This document shows positions 44,786 to 56,504 of a stretch of DNA of 64,000 nt, in pieces; positions within the stretch are counted from its first letter, which is position 1, and every line of letters begins with the position of its first letter. The position numbers and the translations under genes are program-made. The DNA is taken from positions 928,001-992,000 of the forward strand of contig OZ219791.1 in NCBI GenBank assembly GCA_964291215.2. The letters run 5' to 3'. Source of the stretch: Alphaproteobacteria bacterium (GTDB lineage: Bacteria > Pseudomonadota > Alphaproteobacteria > MPNO01 > UBA830). The notes beneath the pieces were generated by a model, which saw only the letters and a program-made list of their open reading frames with translations, made no database searches and was not told the DNA's origin.

Positions 44786-45150
44786 TGAACTTCTTGGGCT
44801 ACCTCCGCCAAATCCTGATCCTGGCTGAATGTCACGGCCACATCGAGAGCGCCGTTGCGTGCCATTCGCACCATGTCGAGACCAATCCGAAGGTCTGTTT
44901 CCTTCTCGCGCTGTGCCGGCACACCATGCGTCGTACCGTCCGGAAGCGGGACCCACTCGGAGCGCGGTTTCCGGGAGGTCACGAGAATCCCGACGCGGCT
45001 CATTGCGGTCAGGCACCGCGCCCGGCACGCCGGATCTTTCCTGGCGTCGGGGCATCTCCTCACCCCTCCGCAGAGGCGGGTTTGGCGTTGTGCATCTTGA
45101 TCATGTCGGCGGCGAGTGCGATCCGGATGGCGACGAGCGGGCTGTAGCCG
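44786..45150 (-). pseudogene. NYN/PIN-like domain protein remnant
   Basis: REKETDLRIGLDMV..DVAVTFSQDQDLAEV motif. Confidence 0.55.
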
Positions 45151-45199
45151 AGTGCGGTCATGGAGGTGAGATAGCTTGAGCTTCGGCACCAGGCCTCGG

Positions 45200-46224
45200 C
45201 TAGAGCGGGGTTCGGAAGCATCCGGACACCTTGATCCTGACCTTTGCCATCCGGATTTTCTGCTCGCCGGTGTTGTTGGTGAAGCTGACGTCCGGGTCGC
45301 TCATGAAGCGCAGGACGGACTCTTCATGCCTTGCGAGACGCTCCTGGAGGTTGTGCGCGTTCGCGATCGGTCCGCGTTTTCCTTTCTGTCGGGGCGGGAT
45401 TTCAGGCAGTTCCTTCGCCCCCCGGGTCAGGATGGTCCGGTAGCGCTTGCGCCCGGCCTCGTTCAGGGTCCTGGATGCGCTCTTGTCAACCCTGTGGCAG
45501 GCAGCAGTTTCTTCATCACGCGCGCCCGGCGGTAGCCGTTGGCGTCGACGATGAAGGTCAGTTCCGTCGCGGTAGAAATGCGCATTGCTGCCCCCCCGGC
45601 CTTGCGCTTGATGCGCTGACGGTCCGTGCGGTTCCGCCCGGGCTCGAAGTTGAGCCACACCACCTCGGTGCGGACCCGGGTCGTCACCTGCACGGCGATG
45701 CGGCGCCAGTCCCGCAGCAGGTCGTCGTACAACGCCGAGGGGCGGCCCGAGACCATCACCTGACACGGCAGACCCTTGAGCAGTTCAAGGAGTTCGACAT
45801 GGTCGGCTTCGGTGTAGTCGTGGCGGTACCGCCGGCCCGACCGACGGGTCGCCTGCAGGGATCACTGCAGACCAGTTCCGTGCCCCGGAACGCAAAGCCG
45901 GCCAGGAACGCGTGGGTGCAGCCGTGGATCAGTTTCACCGGATAGTCGCACCCGAACCCGTCCAGCGCTCCCGGTCGATCCCGATCGAGCGCCGGCGCCT
46001 TGCGCTTCATCAGCGCGCCGCCTCCCGGATGTGTTTCCACATACAGATCATGCGGGAGCTGGAGCCCCGGAAGCAGCTGGCACAGCCCGCTCGTCGCCTT
46101 CGATCCAAAGTAGCCCACTGGCGGTCCCCGTCGTTCTCGATGACCACCACTGAACGAATTGGCCTGCAGTGTCAAATCTCCACGAAAGCCCGTTCGTTGC
46201 TCTACCCCGACATCAAGCCGGAAC
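45200..46224 (-). mobile_element. Internally deleted IS66 (ISBst12-like) element: end + degenerate MTase (46118-45590) + transposase C-terminus
   Basis: SVLRFMSDPDVSFTNNTGEQKIRMAKVRIKVSGCFRT; degenerate copy of 57990-58649. Confidence 0.75.
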
Positions 46225-49200
46225 GATTACGCAACCTGATGTCTGGAAATTGTCGTGAAGCTGTCAGTCATCAAGCTGTTCCCATTTGATCTTGGTTTCG
46301 GTTTCCCATTTTTCGTCGATGAGGACTGCGGTCGAGAGGCGCTCCAACGAGGTGAGGTTCGGAAAGACCCTGACTTTGGAGGTGCGCCGCTTGAGTTCTT
46401 GCTGGATCGGTCGCTCGATGCCGTTCGAGGTTCGCATACGTTTGCGGTGAGCATCGGGCAAGGTGAAGACAGCGAGCCCCGCATTGTTTTCCAGCCAGGA
46501 AGCCTGGATGCTTGTCGCTGGCCACGAGGGCGCCCAGTTCAGCCTCGGCGGTTTGGAGTGAGGAGGCGTGGCTCCGAGCTGTTTTCCAATACGTTTCCTG
46601 ATGTCGTTGTTCGGTGCACGGCGTTTTATGCCAGGTGGAACTGGCAGTGCTGCCACGTCGCCGCGCCCAGCACCGTGCCGCTTTCAGCCCGGCATCCGAG
46701 ACGATGAAGGTCGTACCATGCAGGGCTAGCAAGCTTTCCAGGAAGGCTCTCCAATGGACCTCGGCCTCGGAGAGCGCCACAGAGAGCCCCGGAACGTGCC
46801 TGCAGCCCCTATTCCGATGGCCGAGAGTACCGCGACATCGCGCACAACGCCGTCATGGCGGGCTTTTTCATAGCGCGCATCCAGGTATTTCATCAGGGGG
46901 CCGGTTGCGCGGCGAGTTCTTCATCGAGCAACCTGGTGGCCCGGCTGACCTGAGAAGAGGACAGGCTCCCGAACTCGCGCATTACATCCTGCCGTGTGGA
47001 AACACCCTTGATGTACATCTCGGCTACGGCGCGAGAAGATCGCTGGCCGCGTTCAAGCGACTGGGGACGGATCGTCCCCGTGACCGTTTGGCACCTGAAC
47101 GGTAACAGTGGGGGTGTCGATCCGCTTGTAGCCGTTGGCATAGCCCTGTCGTTCCGGTGGCCTGCTTTCAAGTGCTGCTCGCGCTCGATTTGCATCGCAA
47201 GCTCGAAGAGCTGACCAAAGATCCGCCCCAGATCCGTTGCTCCGTTTGCGATCAGATGTTCCAAAACGGCCTCAATCGTCGTAGTGTGTCGCAGGTCCAT
47301 TCGCTTCCTCCATGAATGTTTACAGCTCCATGGGATAGCACGATGGCGCCGCGTTTCACTGGGGGGCTAGCCCTCGCATGTCACGGAAATTTTAGCTGGA
47401 CAACGGTGTTTCGGCGTGGCATAAGTGTCCCATGTCACAGATCAGCCGCACATTGCGGGACGAGGCAGCAGTTGCGCGGATCGCGTCGCTGCTGTCCTGT
47501 GAGCAGTTCGACAGCCGGTCGGCTCTGGGTCGTCTGCGAGGAGTTTGCCTTTGTCGACGCGCGCGGCCGTCTGCAGCTTGCCGGCTGCATGAAGGCGCTG
47601 AGGGCGCCCGGAGATCGTCCTGCCGGTGCCGAAGTCACCGACAATCGACCGCCGGCCTCGCCTGTTGGTATCGCTGCAGAGGTTCCGGCGCGCGCATTCG
47701 GGATCTCGAGATCATCGTGGTCGGGGATCGTATTGACCGAGCGGTCACGCTGATTGCGCGTGAACACCCGCGACGACCTTCGCCGGCTGCCAATATCTCG
47801 TGGGCTCGGCGCACGGGTGGCGGGGTTTGCCGCCGCCGCGCGGCGCGGGACCGCTGGATGGAACGACGGGCAGCGCCGGAACCACCTGCAGCGGATCGTC
47901 TGTCTGAGCCGTTTCTTGATCAGGTGCTCTGCCCGCCCAGCCATGTGCGCATCCTGCGCCGCGTGACTTCGAGGACCGTTTCGACCATGGCTCAGTTTTG
48001 CCGATGAAGGTTACCCTGCCTGCGCGCGGCCAACTTCCTGTGCAGGACCGAAGGCCGGCAGGACTGGGAGACGGTGAAGACGGTCTTCGTGGCCGAACTG
48101 GAGCGCGCAGGAAGCTGGGGAGGTCGATCATGCGCCCTCGCCGGGCGAAGGTCTGAACGACTGGGCGCAGAACGAGTTTGGAGGGGGGTGACAAGCGACT
48201 TTCTGCGCGCCTGGAGCGCCAGCCTTCTGGCGGCCGGTCAGAAGATCAATGCGTCTCCCAGCGCCGACAACACCGCGATCAATGCGTTTTACCGGATGGT
48301 CGCCCTCGGAGATCACGCCGGCGAACATTCTTGCGCCGCACCGTGAGCGCAGCATCCGGCGCATCCGTGGCCAGAAGACGGTTCTTGCCGGACGGCACGG
48401 ACCTGAACTTCTCCCGGCCTGCAGGTGAGAACCAGACCGGGGCCTCAAGCCTGCACGCGACCCTGGCGGTGACTGACCTGCCACTCGGGGTGCTGGGTCC
48501 GGTGAAGCCCCGGTCGCAGGAGACACGCCGCAGCTCGAGGGGTTCAAGGCGCTGCCACCCCGGCGGCAAGACGCGCGTCATCTCCGTCGGGAAGCCGACA
48601 TCTTCGAGCTGTTCGACACGCGCTTGCCCCGCGTCGATCTGCGCGCCAAGCATGACAGGGTGCTGAAGGAGGGAAGGCTGTTCGCCGTCATGGCCGGCGG
48701 CCTGATTGAGATCGAGGGACTGACGGAGCAAGCCAGCCGGAAGAAGGCCCGCGCGACAGAAGCGCCTGGCGAGTTGCGGTCCGTCACCCGTGACGGGCAC
48801 CGCCTCCAGCGCGAAGCCGGTGTCCCTGCACGGGGTCAGGGAGCGCCCGAAGGTGAGGATCCCGTGGTGCCTGCTGACCACCGTGCGGGTCGGCGAAGGA
48901 GGCGGCCGACATCGTCGGCTTCTACCTTCAGCGCTGGCGAATCGAGGATTACGTGCTCAAATCCGGATGCAGGGTGGAACACCTTCTGTTCCGCACCGGC
49001 TGCAGCGGGCGATCAACGCCGTCATCGCGCATCATGGTCATGACCCTGCTCGGCCGCCAGGTGCGAGCCGCAGCTGATGTTCACCGACAGCGAACTCGCG
49101 CGACTACGCACACAAGTACGCCCTGAAGGAACCGGAGCGTCTCGCCGATGCGGTGCACCTGGTCGCCCATCTCGGCGGCTACCGCAGCACGCCCGGGTCA

Positions 49201-49403
49201 CCAGATCATGTGGCCAGACACACCAGCGCCGCACTGGGTCACCAAATCGGCCGGGAAATCGGGTTCCGGGATGGACAAAGACACGCGTGAACACGTAAAC
49301 CATTGTCAACCAGATTTGTCATGACACGGCAGGGCTAGCCCCCCAGTGAAACGCCTCAAAGCGCAAACCTCAGACAAATTTCCAGACATCAAGTTACAGT
49401 ACC
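46225..49403 (-). mobile_element. IS256-family element (degenerate), interrupted near its left end by an IS4-type element
   Basis: IRs GATTACGCAACCTGATGTCTGGAAATT / GGTACTGTAACTTGATGTCTGGAAATT; EMYIKGVSTR, IVSDAGL, RTSNGIER..ELKRRT. Confidence 0.85.
47373..49332 (+). mobile_element. Degenerate DUF4338-IS4 element, copy C, with TSD
   Basis: Imperfect IRs; GGCTAGCC direct repeat at 47365 and 49333; RNHLQRIVCLSRFLIR, DGTDLNF, LHATLAV..LPLG, RLQRAINAVIA. Confidence 0.7.
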
Positions 49404-49542
49404 TCGAGGGGGAGGGGGGGTAGCCCGGCATCACCTCTCTGCCGCGCTGCCTTCCGATTTCGCGTCCGCTTCCGGATCGGCCGCCGGACGCCCGCCTGCC
49501 GTTTGTGATATGATTCTGGCCTTGCCATCCGGAGGTCTCGAC

Positions 49543-50718
49543 ATGCCTGTCATCAACCGCATCGCCGAATTTCACGAGGAGATGGTCGCCTGGCGACGGC
49601 ACATTCATGCGCATCCGGAAACCGCTTTCGAGGAACACCAGACCTCCGATTACGTGGCGCTTCGCCTCCATGAATTCGGCGTCGATGTCCATCGCGGCCT
49701 CGCCGGGACCGGCGTCGTCGGAACGCTGAAGGGAAACCAGGCAGATGGCCCGGCCATCGGGCTCCGCGCCGACATGGACGCTCTCGACATCGAAGAGAAG
49801 AACGAGGTCGAGCACAGATCGCAGAACCCCGGCAAGATGCACGCCTGCGGGCATGACGGACATACCGCGATGTTGCTCGGCGCGGCCAAGTATCTCGCCG
49901 AGACGCGAAATTTCGCCGGGACCGTGCACTTCATCTTTCAGCCCGCCGAGGAGAACGAGGGCGGCGCCGAGGTCATGGTGCAGGACGGCCTGTTCGAGAA
50001 GTTCCCCGTCGAATCCGTCTACGGAATGCACAACATGCCCGGCATTCCGGTCGGTGAGTTTGCCGTGCGGTCCGGGCCGATCATGGCGGCGTTCGACCTG
50101 TTCGAGATCAACTTGGCGGGAACCGGGACCCATGCCGCGACGCCGAATCTTGGCCGCGACGCCATCGTGGCCGGCGCTCAACTCATTACCGCGCTTCAGA
50201 CCATCTGCAGCCGCACGACCAGCCCGTTCGATGCGGCGGTGGTATCGGTCACCCAGATGCATGCGGGCAGCACTTGGAACGTCATTCCGGAAGAGGTCGT
50301 GGTGCGGGGCACGGCGCGCGCCTTCAGCAGCCGTGTCCAGAGCCATGTCGAGGCCGAGATCCGGCGCATTGCAGACGGCGTGGCGCAGACTTTCGCCGTC
50401 GCCGCCGAGGTCCGCTACGAGCGCCGCTATCCGGCGACCGTGAACACGCCCGAAGAGACCGGCCTCACCGCCGACGTCGCACGGGAAGTCGCCGGTTCGG
50501 GCAAGGTGTCGCTCGACAAGGATCCGATGATGGGGGCAGAGGATTTCGCATTCATGCTGAACGAGAAGCCGGGCGTCTACATGTGGATCGGCAACGGCCC
50601 GCGCGACGGCGGATGCATGCTGCACAATCCCCATTACGACTTCAACGACGACATCCTGCCGCTCGGCGCAAGCTACTGGTCGCGCCTGGTCGAGACCCTG
50701 CTCCAGGACGCAGGCTGA
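49543..50718 (+). CDS. M20 family amidohydrolase (hippurate hydrolase-like)
   Basis: LRADMDAL, MHACGHDGH, FQPAEE, LHNPHYDFND. Confidence 0.93.
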   Translation: MPVINRIAEFHEEMVAWRRHIHAHPETAFEEHQTSDYVALRLHEFGVDVHRGLAGTGVVGTLKGNQADGPAIGLRADMDALDIEEKNEVEHRSQNPGKMHACGHDGHTAMLLGAAKYLAETRNFAGTVHFIFQPAEENEGGAEVMVQDGLFEKFPVESVYGMHNMPGIPVGEFAVRSGPIMAAFDLFEINLAGTGTHAATPNLGRDAIVAGAQLITALQTICSRTTSPFDAAVVSVTQMHAGSTWNVIPEEVVVRGTARAFSSRVQSHVEAEIRRIADGVAQTFAVAAEVRYERRYPATVNTPEETGLTADVAREVAGSGKVSLDKDPMMGAEDFAFMLNEKPGVYMWIGNGPRDGGCMLHNPHYDFNDDILPLGASYWSRLVETLLQDAG

Positions 50719-50878
50719 CGCGGGGGAGCACCGGAGGCGCACCGGACTTTCGAACGGACCGGTCGGCGGCAGCTGTCTTCGCCTCTGCCAGCGGGCTTGC
50801 GGTCCCGCGGGCCCGGGGCGCGATTAACTTGCCGACGTCCATTGCTGACAGTCGGTCGCGGCCTAGAGGAGAATTTTC

Positions 50879-52456
50879 ATGGCATCCGATGTCTTCGCAG
50901 GCGTGCGCCTGGCACGCTCGCCGGTTTACGGCACCCGCGGCATGGTGGTCTCGGGACACTCCCTAGCCTCCACCGCGGGGTTGAGAACGCTGGACCGCGG
51001 CGGTTCTGTGGTCGACGCAATGATCTCGACATCGGCCGTCTTGTCGGTGACGATTCAGCAGGCAACCTCGCTCGGCGGTGACGCGTTCTTTCTCTATCAC
51101 GATGCCGGGGAAGGGAAGACGGTCGGGCTCAACGCCACGGGCCACGCTTCTGACGGTGCGACGACCGACTATTATGCGGCCGGCATTCCGGCTCGCGGCC
51201 CGAACGCGGTGAGCCTTCCCGGCATGGTGCGGGGCTGGGAACGGCTCCATGAGAGATACGGCGTTCTGCCGTGGCCGGGCCTGTTCGAAGACGCCATCGA
51301 ACTGGCCGAAGCGCATCCTGCATCGCGCGTGCTGACGGCCGGGCTCGACCTGTTTCGTGATGACGTGCGCGCGGACGACGGCTGCCGAGCACTCTATTTC
51401 TCCGGTGACGACCGCATCCGGGCCGGTGACATACTGCGCCAGCCGGCCCTTGCCGAAACGCTTCGCAGGATCGCCGCCGATGGCAGCGCCGCTTTCTACG
51501 AGGGAGAGATCGCGGAAACCCTCGGTGCATACATTGCAGAGCATGGTGGTTTGCTCAATGCCGGACAGTTCGCGGGTTATGAACCCGAATGGGTCGAACC
51601 GCTGTCGACCGACTATCGCGGCCTTGCGGTTCAGGTCATGCCTCCCAACTCCTACGGCATGCTGATGCTCATGCAACTCAACGGCCTGTCGGGTCTGCGA
51701 TCCGAACAGCTGGCCGGCAGCGATACCGATCGGCTCGACTATCTGATCCGGGCGATGCAGGCGGCGTTTGCGGCCGGGCAGACCTATATCGCTGACCCCC
51801 GCGGCGTCGACATCCCGATCGAGCGACTCCTCGGTGCGGAGATGACCCGGCAACTCCAGGACTGCGTCGTCAACGGCACGCCTCCGACGACATTCCGAAA
51901 CGGCGGCGGAACATCGTGCATCGTGATTGCGGACGGCCGAGGCAACGCGATGTCCGTGGTCCAGAGCGTGTTCCATGTGTTCGGCAGCGCCTTCCTCGAT
52001 CCGGGCACCGGAATCCTGATGAACAACAGGATGACCGGCTTCCGGGTCGACCCCGGGGACAGAAGGTGCGTGGCGCCGCGCATGCGGCCGCCCCATACCC
52101 TGAATCCGGTCATGGTCCTGCAGGGCGGTCGGCCGAGATATCTGATGACGACGCCCGGCGGCCCGGGACAGACCCTCTCGATGGTTCAGGTCCTGACCAA
52201 TCTCGTCGACCGCGGCATGGAACTGACCGCGGCCGTGGAGGCGCCGCGCTGGAGCGTCAGCCTCGATGGCGAGTTCCTGCTCGAGGAGGGCTATCCAGAA
52301 ACGGTTGCGCGGAGGCTCGAGGAACGCGGACACAAGGTCGCGCACGGGTCGGGCTCGTCCTATTTCGGGTCGGCAAAGACCATAGAGGTCCTTGCCGACG
52401 GTGTGCTCGCGGGCGGCGCCGATACCCGACGCGAGGCCTACGCGGCCGGCCGTTGA
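50879..52456 (+). CDS. Gamma-glutamyltransferase-family (Ntn) hydrolase
   Basis: SLGGDAF, GGTSCIVIAD (Thr nucleophile), PPHTLNP, TPGG. Confidence 0.9.
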   Translation: MASDVFAGVRLARSPVYGTRGMVVSGHSLASTAGLRTLDRGGSVVDAMISTSAVLSVTIQQATSLGGDAFFLYHDAGEGKTVGLNATGHASDGATTDYYAAGIPARGPNAVSLPGMVRGWERLHERYGVLPWPGLFEDAIELAEAHPASRVLTAGLDLFRDDVRADDGCRALYFSGDDRIRAGDILRQPALAETLRRIAADGSAAFYEGEIAETLGAYIAEHGGLLNAGQFAGYEPEWVEPLSTDYRGLAVQVMPPNSYGMLMLMQLNGLSGLRSEQLAGSDTDRLDYLIRAMQAAFAAGQTYIADPRGVDIPIERLLGAEMTRQLQDCVVNGTPPTTFRNGGGTSCIVIADGRGNAMSVVQSVFHVFGSAFLDPGTGILMNNRMTGFRVDPGDRRCVAPRMRPPHTLNPVMVLQGGRPRYLMTTPGGPGQTLSMVQVLTNLVDRGMELTAAVEAPRWSVSLDGEFLLEEGYPETVARRLEERGHKVAHGSGSSYFGSAKTIEVLADGVLAGGADTRREAYAAGR

Positions 52457-52484
52457 TCTGCCGCCTGCCGGAACGGGGAAAGAC

Positions 52485-54170
52485 GTGTCGGAACCTGCTG
52501 CCGATCTGATTGTCACCAATGCCAGGGTCATCACGGTGGATGCCGCTGACCGGATCGCCGAGGCGGTCGCCTGTCGGGGCGAGCGGATCGCCGCCGTCGG
52601 TTCCGCGCGCGACATCCGCGGGCTTGTCGGCAAGCGGACGAAGATTGTCGACGCCGGCGGTGCGGCCGTCGTCCCCGGCCTCATAGACGGCCATGCCCAC
52701 ATGGACCGCGAAGGGCTGAAGAACGTCTTTCCCTCGCTGGAAGGATGCCGTTCGGTCCGGGACGTGCTGGATCGCATCGAGGCCCTGGCGAAGGACATCG
52801 CTCCCGGCGAATGGATCGTGACCATGCCGGTGGGCGATCCGCCCTATTACTGGAACGTACCTGGATGCCTGAGGGAGAACCGCTTTCCGACGCGCCGCGA
52901 GCTTGATGAAGCCGCTCCCGACAATCCGGTCTATATCCGCTCGATATGGGGATTTTGGCGCCACGAGCTGCCGCTTGAATCGGTCGCCAACAGCCACGCG
53001 TTCGAGCTTGCCGGCATCGGTCGCGACACCGACCCGGAAACCGTGACCATCGAGTTCGAACGCGACGGGGCGGGCGAGCTTACCGGGCTGATCCGCGAGA
53101 CCACTTACATGCCGGTGGCCGAACTCGGCTATTTCCATGTCGCGCCGGGTTTCACGCATGAGGATCGCGTCGGCGGCCTCACCCGGGCGATGCGGATCTA
53201 CAATTCCACGGCGACCACGAGCGTTCTTGAGGAGCACGGCGCGGCCCAGGAGCTGATCGACGCTTATCGCTCGATCCATGCCGCCGGCACTGCAACAGCG
53301 CGCGCGCGCTTGGTGTTCAGCCCGCCATGGGGCGGCGCCCCGGACATCGATTACGCGAAGGTGCTGGGCGAGTGGGCCGGCTGGCTGGGCGGCCTCGGAG
53401 AGGGTGACGACTGGCTCCGCCTTGGAGGGATGTTCACTGACACCAATCTCGACGCCGATGCGCTGTTCCGCGCCACTGCCGCGCCCTACACGGGATGGTC
53501 CGGCTTTAACTACGACACCGGCGTCCCCGAGGAACGCATGATCGAATTCATGGCCGAAGCGGCGCGCTGCGATATCCGGCTCGCGGTGATCGGCCCGCGG
53601 TTTCTCGACCTGTTCGAGGAGGTGGACAGGAAGGTTCCGATCGCCGACAAGCGGTGGATCATCGGTCATCTTGACGTCATGGACGACCGCAAGATCCAGC
53701 AGGCCGTGGACCTCGGTGTGGTCATGACCACCCACACCAACCGCTACGTTTACAAGCACGGCCACGTCTTGCGGGACGAACTCGGACCTGCGCGGGAGAA
53801 CGACATCGTTCCGCTGCGCCGGCTGCTCAATGCCGGGGTCAACATCGGACTCGCCACCGACAACGTGCCGACGACGCTTTTCTTTCCGGTATGGCACGTG
53901 GTTTCACGCTGGAACATGTTTTCCGAAGACCGCATCGCTCCCGAGCAGGCGCTGTCCCGCGAAGAAGCCCTGCGTTGCGCGACGATGGGCGGAGCGTTCC
54001 TGACCTTCGACGAAGCGAGCAAGGGGTCGATAGAGGCTGGTAAACTCGCGGACATGGCGGTGCTGTCCGACGATCCCCTGACCTGCTCCGAGGCCGCGCT
54101 GAAGGACATCGTTGCCGAGACCACCATCGTCGGCGGGAAGATCGTCTACGAAAGGGACGGAGAAAGATGA
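52485..54170 (+). CDS. Amidohydrolase-3 (YtcJ-like) protein
   Basis: VVPGLIDGHAH; KGSIEAGKLADMAVL; TIVGGKIVY. Confidence 0.9.
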   Translation: MSEPAADLIVTNARVITVDAADRIAEAVACRGERIAAVGSARDIRGLVGKRTKIVDAGGAAVVPGLIDGHAHMDREGLKNVFPSLEGCRSVRDVLDRIEALAKDIAPGEWIVTMPVGDPPYYWNVPGCLRENRFPTRRELDEAAPDNPVYIRSIWGFWRHELPLESVANSHAFELAGIGRDTDPETVTIEFERDGAGELTGLIRETTYMPVAELGYFHVAPGFTHEDRVGGLTRAMRIYNSTATTSVLEEHGAAQELIDAYRSIHAAGTATARARLVFSPPWGGAPDIDYAKVLGEWAGWLGGLGEGDDWLRLGGMFTDTNLDADALFRATAAPYTGWSGFNYDTGVPEERMIEFMAEAARCDIRLAVIGPRFLDLFEEVDRKVPIADKRWIIGHLDVMDDRKIQQAVDLGVVMTTHTNRYVYKHGHVLRDELGPARENDIVPLRRLLNAGVNIGLATDNVPTTLFFPVWHVVSRWNMFSEDRIAPEQALSREEALRCATMGGAFLTFDEASKGSIEAGKLADMAVLSDDPLTCSEAALKDIVAETTIVGGKIVYERDGER

Positions 54171-55261
54171 AGGTTGCCGAACTCGACACTCCCGTCCTCC
54201 TGCTCGATGCCGATGTCCTGGTGGGCAACATCGCGTGCATGAAGAAGATGACGGAAGCTGCCGGGATCCGGTACCGTCCGCATTCGAAGACTCACAAGTC
54301 GCCGGTCATCGCGCGCATGCAGGCCGAGGCCGGCGCGGTGGGAGTCTGCTGCGCGAAACTCGGCGAAGCCGAAGTGATGATTGCGGCAGGCGTCGACAAC
54401 ATCCTGATCACGACGCCGGTAGTCGGGGAGAGCAAGATCGGACGCCTGCTTCATGCCCGGAACATGGCCAGGATCGCCGTGGTTGCCGATAATGCGGACA
54501 ACGTCGCCATGTTGGGTGACTGCGCCCGGATGTCGGGAACCCGGCTCGATGTCCTCGTCGAGGTCGATGTGGGCCAGGGGCGTTGCGGCGTGAGGCCGGG
54601 AGCCGAAGCGGTGGAGCTTGCCCGTGCGATTCGACACCATCCGTGGCTCGAGTTCGCCGGATTGCAGGGCTACCAGGGCCGCATACAGATGGTGGAGGAT
54701 GCGGCCGAACGCAGGGCGGCAACCGAGTTCGGACTTGATCTTCTTCAAATGACGGTCAAGGCCGTCGAGGACGACGGCATGCCCGTCCCGGTCAGGACCG
54801 GCGGCGGTACCGGCACCTCGCCGTTCGATCTCGGACGGGACACCCTCACGGAAATCCAGCCCGGAAGCTATGTCTTCATGGATTCCCGCTATGGCGGCAT
54901 CGGCTGGCCCGACCGCAACGCGCCACCCTTCGCGCAGGCGCTCCATATCCTCACGAGTGTGGTCAGCAGGCCTGCGGCCGACCGCGCGATCCTTGATGCC
55001 GGGCTGAAGGCGGCGAGCTGCGACCACGGACCGCCCTGGATTGCCGATCTGGAAAATGCCCTGTTCGAGTTCGGCGGCGACGAACATGGCATCGCGCGAA
55101 TGGACGGGGGCGGCGAGGTACCGCTCGCGCTTGGAGAAAAGGTTCGCCTTGTGCCGAGCCATTGCGACACGACAGTCAATCTCTACGAGCAGTTCATGAT
55201 CGTGCAAGGCGGCAATGTAGTGGACGTCTGGCCGATTGAAGCGCGGGGACGCGTTCAGTAG
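54167..55261 (+). CDS. DSD1/D-threonine aldolase-family PLP enzyme
   Basis: RPHSKTHKS, GGGTGT, EIQPGSYVFMD, PSHCDTTVN. Confidence 0.9.
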   Translation: MKVAELDTPVLLLDADVLVGNIACMKKMTEAAGIRYRPHSKTHKSPVIARMQAEAGAVGVCCAKLGEAEVMIAAGVDNILITTPVVGESKIGRLLHARNMARIAVVADNADNVAMLGDCARMSGTRLDVLVEVDVGQGRCGVRPGAEAVELARAIRHHPWLEFAGLQGYQGRIQMVEDAAERRAATEFGLDLLQMTVKAVEDDGMPVPVRTGGGTGTSPFDLGRDTLTEIQPGSYVFMDSRYGGIGWPDRNAPPFAQALHILTSVVSRPAADRAILDAGLKAASCDHGPPWIADLENALFEFGGDEHGIARMDGGGEVPLALGEKVRLVPSHCDTTVNLYEQFMIVQGGNVVDVWPIEARGRVQ

Positions 55262-55422
55262 ACCGGATTCCCGATTGATCTGAACGGTGCAGCGTCGATG
55301 TCCTCGTGCATTTCGGCGTTGATTGCAGTCGGGCTGTCAACCGGCGGCGGCCACATCGACAACGGCTGCCGTATAGTGTGGTTCCGGAACCGGCTCTCCG
55401 TGCTCACGCAAGCTCTCGACAT

Positions 55423-55899
55423 GGGTGAGAGTTTCGTATGGCACGGTTGCAGGCTCAGTACCATTTGTTCATCTCATGCGGCCAGTGCGGGGGTGTGATT
55501 TGGGCTGATGTTGTTGTTGGCTGGTGCGTCGTCTGCACCGATCATGGCCGTCCACACGCTCTCGAAGCGGCCGGCTTCGAGCAGGGCGCGGAAGGTGATT
55601 GTCCGCCGACGATGCGCCGGCGCATGCCGGGGTGTTTCATGCGCTGTGTGACGAGGGTCTTGTTTGCCGCCTCGACAATTCCCGAGCCGGTTGCTTCAGC
55701 GCGTGGTAGCGCATGCGGTGGCGATGGTTGTCGCGAAGGTGGTGCAGCGCCCGGGTCACCCTGTCGATGCCGTGGGGGTCGTGACAAAATCCTGTCTCTA
55801 AACGGGCGATTGTCACGAAAACCCGTTTTCGCCGCTGCCTCACGACCGCACAACCGTGTTAAATCAATGACTTGGATGCGCTATACGAGAACTGCACCC
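55423..55899 (-). mobile_element. ISKra4-like non-autonomous element (MITE), copy 1
   Basis: IRs GGGTGAGAGTTTCGTATGGC / GGGTGCAGTTCTCGTAT; TSD CTCGACAT; GSGIVEAANKTLVTQRMK remnant. Confidence 0.8.
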
Positions 55900-56069
55900 C
55901 TCGACATGATGGCGTTGGCTTGACTGAGGGTGATCATGGCTGGCCTCTGTCTCCCCGCTCCGTGAACTGGCAGCGTTCCCGGGCAGGCCTACGCCGCACG
56001 AAAGAGGCTGGTTTCGGTGGAGCGGGCGTGGCTCAGCTACCCAGCAGCATTGGAACTTCTCCCCACTTC

Positions 56070-56470
56070 CAGTCTGAAGTGCAACATCCGGCCCTCATCG
56101 CAGTGAGGGCGTAGCCCGAACGGAGATGAGGGCCGGGTGTTGCGCAAATTTTCCCCCTCTGTCCCTCTCGATTCCGCCTGGGAACAGCTTCAGTTCCTTC
56201 AACATCGAGCTTATGCAACGCCTTTGTCGGCTTCAAGCCACCATTTCGCCGTCGCGCGGCATGGACCCTGCTGCACGTTGCGGCTTCGGAACGCAGATGG
56301 TCAGGGCGGTTTCACTTCAAGATTACCTCCGTCGGCGATCCCAGGACTTTCCGAGTGTTGAGCCGATCCTGTACCTTCTGAACATCTTCGTTGCATATCG
56401 TGCGGAAGTCCGTGCCCTTCGGGAAGTACTCCTGCACCAGGCCGTTGGTGTGCTCATTCAAGCCGCGCTC
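56070..56470 (-). mobile_element. IS30-family 3' fragment
   Basis: ERGLNEHTNGLVQEYFPKGTDF..VQDRLNTRKVLG; TGAAGTGCAACA end. Confidence 0.7.
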
Positions 56471-56504
56471 CCCACCCCCAAGAAGGCCCCCACCCCCACA
56501 AGAA

